Shown here piece by piece: positions 1 to 8,339 of a DNA stretch of 60,466 bases. Source of the stretch: an uncultured Candidatus Micrarchaeota archaeon (GTDB lineage Archaea > Micrarchaeota > Micrarchaeia > Anstonellales > Bilamarchaeaceae); assembly GCA_903835385.1 (NCBI GenBank), contig CAILMQ010000048.1, positions 1 to 60,466 on the forward strand. Direction: 5' to 3'. Numbering within the stretch: the first letter of the stretch is position 1; the number at the start of each line of letters is the position of its first letter. The notes beneath the pieces were generated by a model. The model saw nothing but the letters and a program-made list of their open reading frames with translations. It did no database searches and was not told the origin of the DNA. A program made the position numbers and the translations under genes.

Positions 1-7
1 CGCGACC

Positions 8-685
8 ATGAAAAAACTAGGAATCGGAATCATGATGGTCCTGCTCGGGATGGGCATGGCATTTGCCATACAACCGGCCCAGAGCTGGACACAAATAAGC
101 AGTGGCTTCTACAACTCTTCGCCGGCCGCGAACCTGACGACCCAGGGCGGCAACGTAACCGCGGCGAACATTGCTGGAAACGTCTCCACCGCGAAGTGGG
201 CAGGTTTCTACGGCAATGTCAGCGCGGGGATAGTGCTCACGCCCGGCGGCCTCACGAACATATTCTACAAGTGGGCTTGGGATCCAGCAACGAACGGCGG
301 CAGGCTCTGTGTAACGCCTGGCACTGCCTTTGACTGGACCACTGTTGCAGTTGCGGCAGCGGCTGACATTGATACCGTGTGGACCTTCACGGGCACGGAC
401 AGCGCGGTCAACACGCTGAATGATACTTGCGGCAGCATGACTGTTGCGAGCACTGATGTAAGCGGCGCTCCGGCGACATACACCGGCAGCCCGGCAGACG
501 CCTTCCAGACCTGCGCGATAGCTGACAGCGCAACACCTGGAACGAAAGCCGACTTCGCGTTCTGCAACGTGATAGTCTCGAGCACCGACTTCAAAGGCGA
601 GACCTCGAACTACGAGCTCATCGTGCCCACGGACAAGACGCCCGGCAACCTCGAGACGTACTACGCCTGGCTTGAGCTTGATTAG
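8..685 (+). CDS. Secreted beta-rich protein, paralog 1 of a tandem pair (putative surface/filament subunit)
   Basis: N-terminal signal peptide (MKKLGIGIMMVLLGMGMAFA), Thr/Ala/Gly-rich, 4 Cys, no C-terminal TM; shares GGNVT, STxKWAGFxGN, YxWAW, NYELIxPT and ETYYAWL with 757-1428. Confidence 0.85.
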   Translation: MKKLGIGIMMVLLGMGMAFAIQPAQSWTQISSGFYNSSPAANLTTQGGNVTAANIAGNVSTAKWAGFYGNVSAGIVLTPGGLTNIFYKWAWDPATNGGRLCVTPGTAFDWTTVAVAAAADIDTVWTFTGTDSAVNTLNDTCGSMTVASTDVSGAPATYTGSPADAFQTCAIADSATPGTKADFAFCNVIVSSTDFKGETSNYELIVPTDKTPGNLETYYAWLELD

Positions 686-689
686 AATC

Positions 690-723
690 GGCACTTTTGT
701 GCCTGTTTTCTTTTTCTTTCATT
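690..723 (+). terminator. Hairpin plus pyrimidine tract, putative terminator
   Basis: GGCAC-TTTT-GTGCC (690-703) followed by TTTTTCTTTCATT (711-723); same design follows the paralog. Confidence 0.6.
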
Positions 724-756
724 AAAATTTTAACAAAAAAAGGAAAAGGCGCGACC

Positions 757-1428
757 ATGAAACTTAGTATCGGATTGATTGCGATTCTGCTCGGAATTGG
801 TTTGGCATTCGCCATAAGCCCCGCAGGAGACTGGAATGTTATTAGCACTGGCCGCTACACGTCGGCGACTAATGCAAGTGTGACGACCGAGGGCGGCAAC
901 GTCACCAACGCGGACTTGAACTCAAACACCTCCACTGTCAAGTGGGCTGGTTTCTGGGGCAATATCACCAGTGCGCTGGTGCTTTCCCCTGGTGTAGGGC
1001 AAGCCAGCCTCTACAGCTGGGCCTGGGCTCCGGCAAACGGCGGCGAAGTATGCTCAGTGCCCGCTGCAAGCGGATTCGACTGGGCGAATGTCGCATCCGT
1101 TGCTACAACCGACATAGACACGATGTGGGGGTTCAACGTGAGTGACGCGGACAGCGCGGCCAACACGCTGACGGATTCCGCCTGCGCCATCACCATTGGC
1201 GGCACGCCGGTCACCACGGTTGGGAACAAAACCGGTGTGGGCGGCTTCGAGACCTGCGCGGTGTCCGACAGCGCGACTTCACTCAAAAGCGACTTCGCAT
1301 TCTGCGCCGATATCGCAAGCGCTGGCACGCTTTTCAACAACCAGACCGGGAACTACGAGCTCATCATGCCGACCAACAATACCGTCGGAGGCACCGAGAC
1401 GTACTATGCCTGGCTTGACCTCCATTAA
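757..1428 (+). CDS. Secreted beta-rich protein, paralog 2
   Basis: ATG at 757 preceded by the same CGCGACC as paralog 1; signal peptide MKLSIGLIAILLGIGLAFA; same motifs and 4 conserved Cys. Confidence 0.85.
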   Translation: MKLSIGLIAILLGIGLAFAISPAGDWNVISTGRYTSATNASVTTEGGNVTNADLNSNTSTVKWAGFWGNITSALVLSPGVGQASLYSWAWAPANGGEVCSVPAASGFDWANVASVATTDIDTMWGFNVSDADSAANTLTDSACAITIGGTPVTTVGNKTGVGGFETCAVSDSATSLKSDFAFCADIASAGTLFNNQTGNYELIMPTNNTVGGTETYYAWLDLH

Positions 1429-1431
1429 AGC

Positions 1432-1468
1432 CGGCACTGGGAGTGCCGATTTTCTTTTTTCTTTCATT
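1432..1468 (+). terminator. Hairpin plus pyrimidine tract, putative terminator
   Basis: CGGCACT-GGG-AGTGCCG 7-bp stem (1432-1448) then TTTTTCTTTCATT (1456-1468). Confidence 0.6.
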
Positions 1469-1526
1469 AAACTTTTTCTCTTAGCACATCCAAAAGCAAT
1501 AAAAATAAACAGCACTGATTAACCCC

Positions 1527-2150
1527 ATGGCAATGCTCGAGGATTTCAGGCTTCTGGAAAAGAACGGATTCAGGCTGCTGCCCTACAAACTCGCAACGGA
1601 CGAGGACGGCGCCGTGGCCGCCGCAGTGAAGATCGGCTACCCGGTCGCGCTCAAGGTGGTTTCCGAGGAAATCAGCCACAAGACCGAGGTCAACGGCGTG
1701 AAGATAAGGATAAGGGACGAGGCCGGCCTGAGGCTCGCCTACAAGGAGATAATGGACGGCGCAAAGGGGCACAAAGTGGACGGAATCCTCGTGCAGAAGA
1801 TGGCGCGCAAGGGCATAGAACTCATTATCGGCGGCAGGAAGGACCCGCAGTTCGGGCACATGGTGGTGCTCGGCCTGGGCGGCGTCTATGTCGAGATATT
1901 CAGGGACATAACCGCCAGGATATGCCCTGTCGTGGAGCAGGACGTGGAGGAGATGATACTGGAGCTCAAGACGCACCCGCTGCTCGAGGGAGCGCGGGGC
2001 GCGAAGCCAATCGACCGCGCCGCGCTCAAACGCATGGTGCTGGGCATCTGCAAATTCATGGCAAAGGAGGACATAAAGGAGCTTGACCTCAACCCGGTGA
2101 TATTCGACGAGAACGGCGGCGACATCGTGGACGTGAGGTTCACAAGGTAA
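1527..2150 (+). CDS. acdB: Acetate--CoA ligase (ADP-forming) beta subunit, ATP-grasp
   Basis: IGYPVALKVVS..ISHKTEVNGV, ELIIGGRKDPQFG, ELDLNP motifs. Confidence 0.9.
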   Translation: MAMLEDFRLLEKNGFRLLPYKLATDEDGAVAAAVKIGYPVALKVVSEEISHKTEVNGVKIRIRDEAGLRLAYKEIMDGAKGHKVDGILVQKMARKGIELIIGGRKDPQFGHMVVLGLGGVYVEIFRDITARICPVVEQDVEEMILELKTHPLLEGARGAKPIDRAALKRMVLGICKFMAKEDIKELDLNPVIFDENGGDIVDVRFTR

Positions 2151-2160
2151 GGTGCCTATT

Positions 2161-3555
2161 ATGAACGAACGCCTCAGGAAACTAATATACCTATTCAGAC
2201 CGAGGAGCGTGGCGATAGTGGGCGGCTCGAGCATGCCCAACAAGATAGGCACCGTGCTCATGAAGAACCTCATAGAAGGCAGGTTCATGGGCGACGTTTA
2301 TGCCGTGAACCCGAAATACACCGCTGTGCTCGGCAAGCCGTGCTACCCGAAAGTGAGCGACATACCAAAGCCCGTGGACTGCGTGATAATCGCTACGCCG
2401 GCAGAGACCGTGCCCGGCATCCTGGAGGATTGCGGCAGCAAGGGGGTGAAGGGAGTCATTGTGCTGAGCGGCGGGTTCGAGGAGGTCGGAAGGAACGACC
2501 TCGCGGACAGGATGAAGGCGATCTCGGAAAAATACAATATCCCGGTTATCGGCCCGAACTGCCTCGGTGTATTCGACCCTTACACGCGGGTGGACAGCAT
2601 TTTCCTGCCGGCGTTCAAGCTCGAGCGGCCGGGGCCGGGCAACATCGCGTTCGTTACCCAGTCAGGGGCGGTCGGCTCCACGGTGGTGGACCTGGCTGCG
2701 CACTACGGCATGGGCATCTCCAAGTTCATCTCCTACGGCAACGGCACTGTGCTCAACGAATGCGACATGCTCGAGTTCCTGGAAAAGGACAAGGAGACGG
2801 AAATAATCATATTATACCTGGAAGGAGTGAAGGACGGAAGGCGGCTCCTGGAATGGATGAAAAAGGTGAACCCGAAGAAGCCCATCGTCGCGATGAAGGC
2901 GGGCAAATACGGAAAGGCAATGGCCGCGGCGCGCTCGCACACCGGGAACATCGCGGGCAACTACATGGCGTACAAGGCCGCGTTCAGGCAGGCAAAGGTG
3001 ACCGAAGCCAATGACCTGCAGGAGCTTTTCGATTTTGTCAAGATATTCAACCAGCCTTTGCCGAAGGGGAACCGCGTCGCGGTGATAACCAACGGCGGCG
3101 GGATGGGCGTGCTTACCGCGGACGCCATAAACTCCGAAGGCATGGAAATCGCGGACTACAGCGAGGAGACTAAGGTTGCGCTGAAGAAAATCCTGCCGTC
3201 CTACGGGAACGTGGGCAACCCGCTTGACCTGGTGGCCGACGCCGGCGTGGAGGCCTACGACAAGGCCATAGAGGTGCTGATGGCGGACGAGGGCGTGGAC
3301 TCGCTTGCCATCGTCCTGCTGACGCAGACTCCGCCCATGGACGAGCGCATAATAGGCGTGCTCACCCGCGCGTCCGACGACAGGAGGAAAGCCGTGGTGA
3401 CCATCTCGGTCGGCGGGGCGTACACCGAGGCGTACCAGAGGGCTCTTGAGAGCAAGGGAGTGCCATCCTACAACTCGCCCCTTGCCGCCGTGAAGGCGAT
3501 GCACATGCTCACTAATTACGCGGCGTGGAAAGGGAAGATGAAGAAGGAGGGGTAA
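2161..3555 (+). CDS. acdB-partner acdA: Acetate--CoA ligase (ADP-forming) alpha subunit
   Basis: PRSVAIVGGS CoA-binding fold, IGPNCLG, QSGA, SHTG phospho-His, TNGGG, NPLDL; alternative GTG start at 2152. Confidence 0.9.
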   Translation: MNERLRKLIYLFRPRSVAIVGGSSMPNKIGTVLMKNLIEGRFMGDVYAVNPKYTAVLGKPCYPKVSDIPKPVDCVIIATPAETVPGILEDCGSKGVKGVIVLSGGFEEVGRNDLADRMKAISEKYNIPVIGPNCLGVFDPYTRVDSIFLPAFKLERPGPGNIAFVTQSGAVGSTVVDLAAHYGMGISKFISYGNGTVLNECDMLEFLEKDKETEIIILYLEGVKDGRRLLEWMKKVNPKKPIVAMKAGKYGKAMAAARSHTGNIAGNYMAYKAAFRQAKVTEANDLQELFDFVKIFNQPLPKGNRVAVITNGGGMGVLTADAINSEGMEIADYSEETKVALKKILPSYGNVGNPLDLVADAGVEAYDKAIEVLMADEGVDSLAIVLLTQTPPMDERIIGVLTRASDDRRKAVVTISVGGAYTEAYQRALESKGVPSYNSPLAAVKAMHMLTNYAAWKGKMKKEG

Positions 3556-3686
3556 GGACGGCCAACCGAATCGTGATGGCCGACGTGGCGCAATGCAGGC
3601 TGCAGACCACGTCACCTTAGAATATAGTAAGAAAATAACCTATTGCCGGTTAAAGGGAAAATGTTTGTTTACACAGTGGGGAGGGG

Positions 3687-3703
3687 ACCCCATAGTTCCA
3701 CTA
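3687..3703. repeat. Left arm of perfect 17-bp inverted repeat (ACCCCATAGTTCCACTA), ORB-like
   Basis: Exact reverse complement of 4128-4144. Confidence 0.9.
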
Positions 3704-3714
3704 ATAGGAAGACC

Positions 3715-3749
3715 TTATAAAATAAAAATATATTGTATCTATAGATACA
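3715..3749 (+). promoter_or_regulatory. TATA box plus perfect 16-bp palindrome TGTATCTATAGATACA (3734-3749), candidate operator over the transcription start
   Basis: TTATAAAA at 3715-3722; the palindrome lies where a TSS is expected. Confidence 0.55.
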
Positions 3750-3832
3750 GTACATACGCCGTTTAAAAAACACAAAAAGGTGTTTTTTTAAAAAAAATTA
3801 AAAACAAAAAAACAAAGAAGCGAGGTGGTTCC

Positions 3833-4072
3833 GTGCCGTTTCTTTATCTCTATGATGTCGATGCCAAGGACAAGAAGAAATTCAACCGTGTCAAGAGAAG
3901 GTTTTACTACAGGCTGAACCGGCTGTTTCCGGATCGCAGGGCCTGGAGGACGAAATCGGCCATTCTCGTGTCCGGAAGGCACACCCGCGTTCTAGACGAC
4001 TTCTTCCGCTCTTTCAGGGGCTCGGTCATCACCTATAAGGTGGACCTGAACTCCATTGAAGAACTCGAATAG
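3833..4072 (+). CDS. Stand-alone Cas2/VapD-like small ferredoxin-fold protein
   Basis: 79 aa, N-terminal hydrophobic-YDV motif, basic helix, TKSAILV matching the Cas2 QxSVF strand; GTG start with GAGGTGG SD at 3822-3828; no cas1 or array nearby. Confidence 0.6.
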   Translation: MPFLYLYDVDAKDKKKFNRVKRRFYYRLNRLFPDRRAWRTKSAILVSGRHTRVLDDFFRSFRGSVITYKVDLNSIEELE

Positions 4073-4127
4073 GCCTTGAATGGCGCCTTGCCTGGCAGGA
4101 AAACAAACACTGGAAGCCGGAACCCAA

Positions 4128-4144
4128 TAGTGGAACTATGGGGT
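4128..4144. repeat. Right arm of perfect 17-bp inverted repeat (TAGTGGAACTATGGGGT), ORB-like
   Basis: Exact reverse complement of 3687-3703. Confidence 0.9.
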
Positions 4145-4164
4145 GGGTCTGTGCAGGCTTGCAG

Positions 4165-4301
4165 GTCTTCCCATTAGCCGATAATTCGTTGTTTTCTTAC
4201 GGTATTCTAAGGAGACGCAGACACCCGGCTTTCAATTGCTGCGTCGGTCGTGTGGTGTTCCTCTTCTGCACAACCAGCACCGCGCCAACAAATCGGTGTC
4301 T
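4165..4301. ncRNA. Candidate structured ncRNA/element, copy 1
   Basis: Stems 4214-4220/4239-4245 and 4250-4259/4276-4285, pseudoknot 4219-4225/4295-4301; sequence blocks shared with 29155-29287. Confidence 0.5.
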
Positions 4302-4303
4302 TT

Positions 4304-5905
4304 TTACTGCTCAACCAGCGCATCCACGTCGAGCTCGCAGGCATAGACCTCGAACTCGAGCCGCTGCTGCTTCAGTATTTCGTCCCTGATCTTGCCGAAT
4401 ATCCCCGCCTTCTTGTTCCTGATAAAAACAGCGCCTGCCCGCGTCTGGTCGAACGCTGGGTGGGTGGTCTTCCCGAGCGTGAGCTCCCCGCCGCATTCAC
4501 CGACCAGGATCTGCAAATGCCCCTTCGCAGCCGAATACTCGACCTTCCTGTCCATGATGCCGAAAACAAGCTTTTTTTTGGCCTCTTCCGCCTCATAGAC
4601 AATTCCGATTTCGTAAAGCTTCTGGGGCAGGCCCTTGTTTTTGTTGGTCTCGAACACTGCCAGCAAATCCGCCAGCAGGGTGGGCCGCAGGCAGGTGAAC
4701 TCCTCGCCAGAGGGATTCTCTATCTCCTTCACCTCGCCCCCATAGCCCATCCTCGCCACCCTGTTTTTGTTCGTAAGTATGAACGTCGTTATCTCCAGGA
4801 ACCCCATGCCGCGCATGGTTGCGTTCAGGGTCTCGTGTTCCGTGTTCCGGCGCCCGACAGTGAAGAAATCCGGCAGTTTCGGCACGAATTTGTTGTAGCC
4901 ATAGGCGATGGCGATGTCCTCTATCACGTCCACCTCGTGGATGACGTCCGCACGGAAGGGCGGCACCAGGGCATAGCTCCCTTCCATCTCATAGCCCATG
5001 CGGCCTGCGAGCACTGCAACGTCTTTGGCAGCCAGCCTAAGGCCGAGCAGCATGTTCACGTCCTTCAGGTTGACCTTCATCCTCTTCGGCTTCAGGTCCG
5101 GCGCGGTTATCTTCCTGTGCGGATACCTGACCTCCACGGAATGAACGGCCCCTCCCATATCGGCGAACATGGTGACGAGTATGTTGAGCGCCGCGGTGAC
5201 GGAGTTCCCGTCTATTCCGCTCACCTCTATGAAAATATCGTTCGTTTCCAGCCCGACCTGGCCGGTCTCTGCCGAATTTACGACCGGAAGCAGGGCCATT
5301 ATCCTCCCCTTCGCATCCACGAACACCGGCCATTGGGAAAAGCCCTTGATTATGTGGCCGTGCTCCAGGCCCTTGGGGTGTTTTTCTATTATCTCGGGCG
5401 CGGTTGCCTCGTTTTCCCATCCAAGGGGCCGGTAGCGTATCGCCTCGGGTTTCATGGCGGTGTATTTCACCGGGAATGCGATTTTATCCAGGGGGTAGAT
5501 GCCGATGCCGAACTTCTTCGCCCGCCTTCCGAGCGTTGCGACAAGCTTTTCCTGCACCTGGACCATGTCTATTATGCGTTCGTCGGTGAACCGCAGCCCC
5601 CTCACAACGGCACACACTGTGTATGGCCTCACCTTTTCCACGGATGCGTCCACGTCCACGGCGTAATCGCCTTTTTTCGCCGCGTAGTGCGTTATCTCCC
5701 CCTTGTAGTAGGACCTGAGCGAGCGCGAGAGCCCCTCCAGCGCGAACCAGTCCGGCCGGTTCGGGGTTAGCTCCACGAGCAGTTTTTTGGTTTCCTTCTC
5801 CTCCTCGCAGGGCGCGCCGATTTCCGTCAGCCCCTCCATTATCTTCTCCTTCGGGAACCCGCAGAGCTTTTCGAAATCGCTTATGAGGAACTCGACAACC
5901 GCCAT
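4304..5905 (-). CDS. pheT: Phenylalanine--tRNA ligase beta subunit (archaeal type)
   Basis: ELTPNRPD, B3/4 domain, PPFRADVIHEVDVIEDIAIAYGY, LRPTLL. Confidence 0.95.
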   Translation of the reverse strand: MAVVEFLISDFEKLCGFPKEKIMEGLTEIGAPCEEEKETKKLLVELTPNRPDWFALEGLSRSLRSYYKGEITHYAAKKGDYAVDVDASVEKVRPYTVCAVVRGLRFTDERIIDMVQVQEKLVATLGRRAKKFGIGIYPLDKIAFPVKYTAMKPEAIRYRPLGWENEATAPEIIEKHPKGLEHGHIIKGFSQWPVFVDAKGRIMALLPVVNSAETGQVGLETNDIFIEVSGIDGNSVTAALNILVTMFADMGGAVHSVEVRYPHRKITAPDLKPKRMKVNLKDVNMLLGLRLAAKDVAVLAGRMGYEMEGSYALVPPFRADVIHEVDVIEDIAIAYGYNKFVPKLPDFFTVGRRNTEHETLNATMRGMGFLEITTFILTNKNRVARMGYGGEVKEIENPSGEEFTCLRPTLLADLLAVFETNKNKGLPQKLYEIGIVYEAEEAKKKLVFGIMDRKVEYSAAKGHLQILVGECGGELTLGKTTHPAFDQTRAGAVFIRNKKAGIFGKIRDEILKQQRLEFEVYACELDVDALVEQ

Positions 5906-6715
5906 CTAAACACCTTTGCACGCGCCGTCGGCGAAAAACTCCCCGTAGGCGCCGCAAACATATCCCTGTTGCTGCGGACTGTTTTTATACTCTTTTGAAA
6001 GGTCCAGGAAGCACGCCCTTGCCGCGCCCACGCTTTCCGCATTGATGCAGCCGAGAATCTTCTGGTTCAGCTGGTCGGACAGGTAATACGCCCCGAACCC
6101 GATGGCAACCACCAGGGAAAGCGCGATTGGTATCGCCAGCGCCTTCCACATCTCCATTGGCGGCTCGGGCGGCCAGCCCGCCTTCCCCTCCCTGATGGCG
6201 AGCGCGAGCCCTCCGAAGAACCCGAGAAGGTGCGCGGAGTGCGCGATGGAATCGGCGCTGCCCATGTAGAACAGCTCTATGAGCGCGTATATGGGCCCGA
6301 CCATGTACATGGGCAGGGGCACGAAGTAGAAATATACCGTGAGATTCGGCTCCAGCAGCACGAGCGCGCCTATTATGCCGTATATCGCCCCTGACGCGCC
6401 CAGCGCGGTGCTGAAGGGCGAGCTGAAGAGCATGAAGCCCACGGAGCCCAGTATGCCGGATACGAAATAGATGAGCAGGAACTTGCCCGTGCCGACGCGG
6501 TTCTCGAGCACGCTGCCGAACATGAACAGGGCGAGCATGTTGAACAGTATGTGCTCCAGGTCCGCATGGCCGAACATGGATGTGATTATCGTCCATGGGG
6601 CCGCAAGCAGGTTTATGGGGCTGAGCGTCACCTGGGGGTACACGGCATCAGGCGCGGCCTGCTCCAGGATGAAGGCCAGGACGCAAAGCGCGATGAGAAC
6701 ATAGGTCGCCTTCAT
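5906..6715 (-). CDS. Rhomboid intramembrane serine protease with C-terminal extension
   Basis: HILFNM, GASG catalytic Ser, AHLLG catalytic His; extra TM and Cys-containing tail. Confidence 0.9.
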   Translation of the reverse strand: MKATYVLIALCVLAFILEQAAPDAVYPQVTLSPINLLAAPWTIITSMFGHADLEHILFNMLALFMFGSVLENRVGTGKFLLIYFVSGILGSVGFMLFSSPFSTALGASGAIYGIIGALVLLEPNLTVYFYFVPLPMYMVGPIYALIELFYMGSADSIAHSAHLLGFFGGLALAIREGKAGWPPEPPMEMWKALAIPIALSLVVAIGFGAYYLSDQLNQKILGCINAESVGAARACFLDLSKEYKNSPQQQGYVCGAYGEFFADGACKGV

Positions 6716-6766
6716 GTATTCACTCCCAGGACACGAGACACGGTACCCAAGACCGGAAACCCTTCT

Positions 6767-8152
6767 TCAGCCGCATTCGCTCGGCCACTTCCTTTCCTTC
6801 GCCAGCTGCTTCCCCGCGCCGGTCGGGTAGTCCTCGTTCAGGCAGCCGGTGCATAGCGGCAGGCCGAGCGTCTTTTTCAACCCCTCGATGGAAAGGTAGC
6901 CGAGGCTGTTCGCGCCGAGGTAAGTCTTTATCTCCGCCACGGTCTTCTCGTTGGCTATGAGCTCGGAATACGTGGACATGTCCACCCCGTAGAAGCAGGG
7001 CGCCTTTATGGGCGGGCAGGTTATCCGCAGATGCACCTCCTTCGCGCCAGCGGCCCGTACCAGGCTCACTATGCCGCGCAGCGTCGTGCCCCGTACTATG
7101 CTGTCGTCAATCAGCACCACCCTTTTTCCTTCCAGCACTTCCCTCACGGGGTTGAGTTTCAGCCTCACGGCTTCGCTTCTCGCCTGCTGGTTCGGCATGA
7201 TGAACGTCCTGCCTATGTACCTGTTCTTTATCAGCCCCTCCTCCACCGGAAGCTTGAACACATCCGCGAACGCCGCCGCGGCCTGGCGCGAGGTGTCCGG
7301 GACCGGCACCACGACATCCGCCTTCACGGGATGCTCCCTGGCCAGTTCCGTGCCCAGCCTCTTGCGCGCGTCATACACGGACAGGCCGTTTATAATGGAA
7401 TCCGGCCTGGAGAAATAGACGTACTCGAACATGCAGTGATGCGTCTCTTTCGGCATGATTTTCTTCCTGCTCATGCGTCCGTTGTCCAGCAGCGCCATCT
7501 CGCCGCCTGCAATCACGCCGCCGCTGTAGGGGATGTTGTTTATGTCCAGGGCCACGGTTTCTGACGCGAACATGATGAAATCGTCGTTCTCGCCCCACAC
7601 CAGCGGCCTGATGGCATGGGGGTCCCTGAACACCAGCAGCTTTGACTCGAATATTGCGGCGTCGGAATAGGCGCCGTCCAGCATCTCCATCACATGGCGC
7701 ACCGCGCCCTCGGCGCCGTCCTTCCTTTTCTCGTCAAGCAGCATGGCTATGGGTTCGGTGTCCACCGTGCTCATGTAGTTCCTGCCCATTTTCGCGAACC
7801 TTTTCTTGAGCGCCACATAATTCGCGAGGTGGCCGTTGTGCGCCACCGCTATGCCTGCGTACAGCGTGGGCTGCACGTCGCACAGGTCGCATTTGCCGGT
7901 CGTGGGATACCTGGTGTGCCCGATGCCGGCCGTGCCCTCTATCCCGAGGTCCTCCTCCTTGAACACGTCGCGCACCAGCCCCAGGCCCTTGCGCTCCTCT
8001 ATTTTCCCGTCCGGGGTGAGCACGGCGAAGCCGGCGGCGTCCTGGCCCCTGTGCTGGAGCGCCACCAGCGCGTTGTAAATCAGAGGGGTGACGCTGCGCC
8101 CCTTTTTGGACATTATGCCGACAATTCCGCATTCTTCCTTCGCATCTTCCAC
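6767..8152 (-). CDS. purF: Amidophosphoribosyltransferase
   Basis: Propeptide EE|CGIVG, LQHRGQD, GHTRY, CMFEYVYFSRPDS, DDSIVRGTT; GTG start at 8152 with GGTGAG SD. Confidence 0.95.
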   Translation of the reverse strand: MEDAKEECGIVGIMSKKGRSVTPLIYNALVALQHRGQDAAGFAVLTPDGKIEERKGLGLVRDVFKEEDLGIEGTAGIGHTRYPTTGKCDLCDVQPTLYAGIAVAHNGHLANYVALKKRFAKMGRNYMSTVDTEPIAMLLDEKRKDGAEGAVRHVMEMLDGAYSDAAIFESKLLVFRDPHAIRPLVWGENDDFIMFASETVALDINNIPYSGGVIAGGEMALLDNGRMSRKKIMPKETHHCMFEYVYFSRPDSIINGLSVYDARKRLGTELAREHPVKADVVVPVPDTSRQAAAAFADVFKLPVEEGLIKNRYIGRTFIMPNQQARSEAVRLKLNPVREVLEGKRVVLIDDSIVRGTTLRGIVSLVRAAGAKEVHLRITCPPIKAPCFYGVDMSTYSELIANEKTVAEIKTYLGANSLGYLSIEGLKKTLGLPLCTGCLNEDYPTGAGKQLAKERKWPSECG

Positions 8153-8339
8153 AGTCTCACCGCCGATAAGACTATTAGCCGCAAGTGTTTTTTTAAATGA
8201 CGCGGCTGCGGGAGAGCGCAAAGCAAAGCGGGTGGCCCGGACGGCGAAAAAGGAGCGGGACGCGTGCGTAGCGGCGTTGGAGCCATGCCAGCCAGTAGGT
8301 TATTTAAGCGTTCGCTACCATAGTATATATGGTGAAAAG

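Noticed and set aside
3684-4147. GGG target-site duplication flanking the 17-bp inverted repeat
   Set aside because: Low-complexity G-runs; cannot be distinguished from chance
3556-4303. CRISPR array near the Cas2-like gene
   Set aside because: No regularly spaced direct repeats here or elsewhere in the window
8088-8339. N-terminal extensions in the ORF track (also 39251, 40032, 59802, 30774, 22969)
   Set aside because: They overlap neighbouring genes or promoters; downstream starts fit SD/TATA positions and family N-termini better
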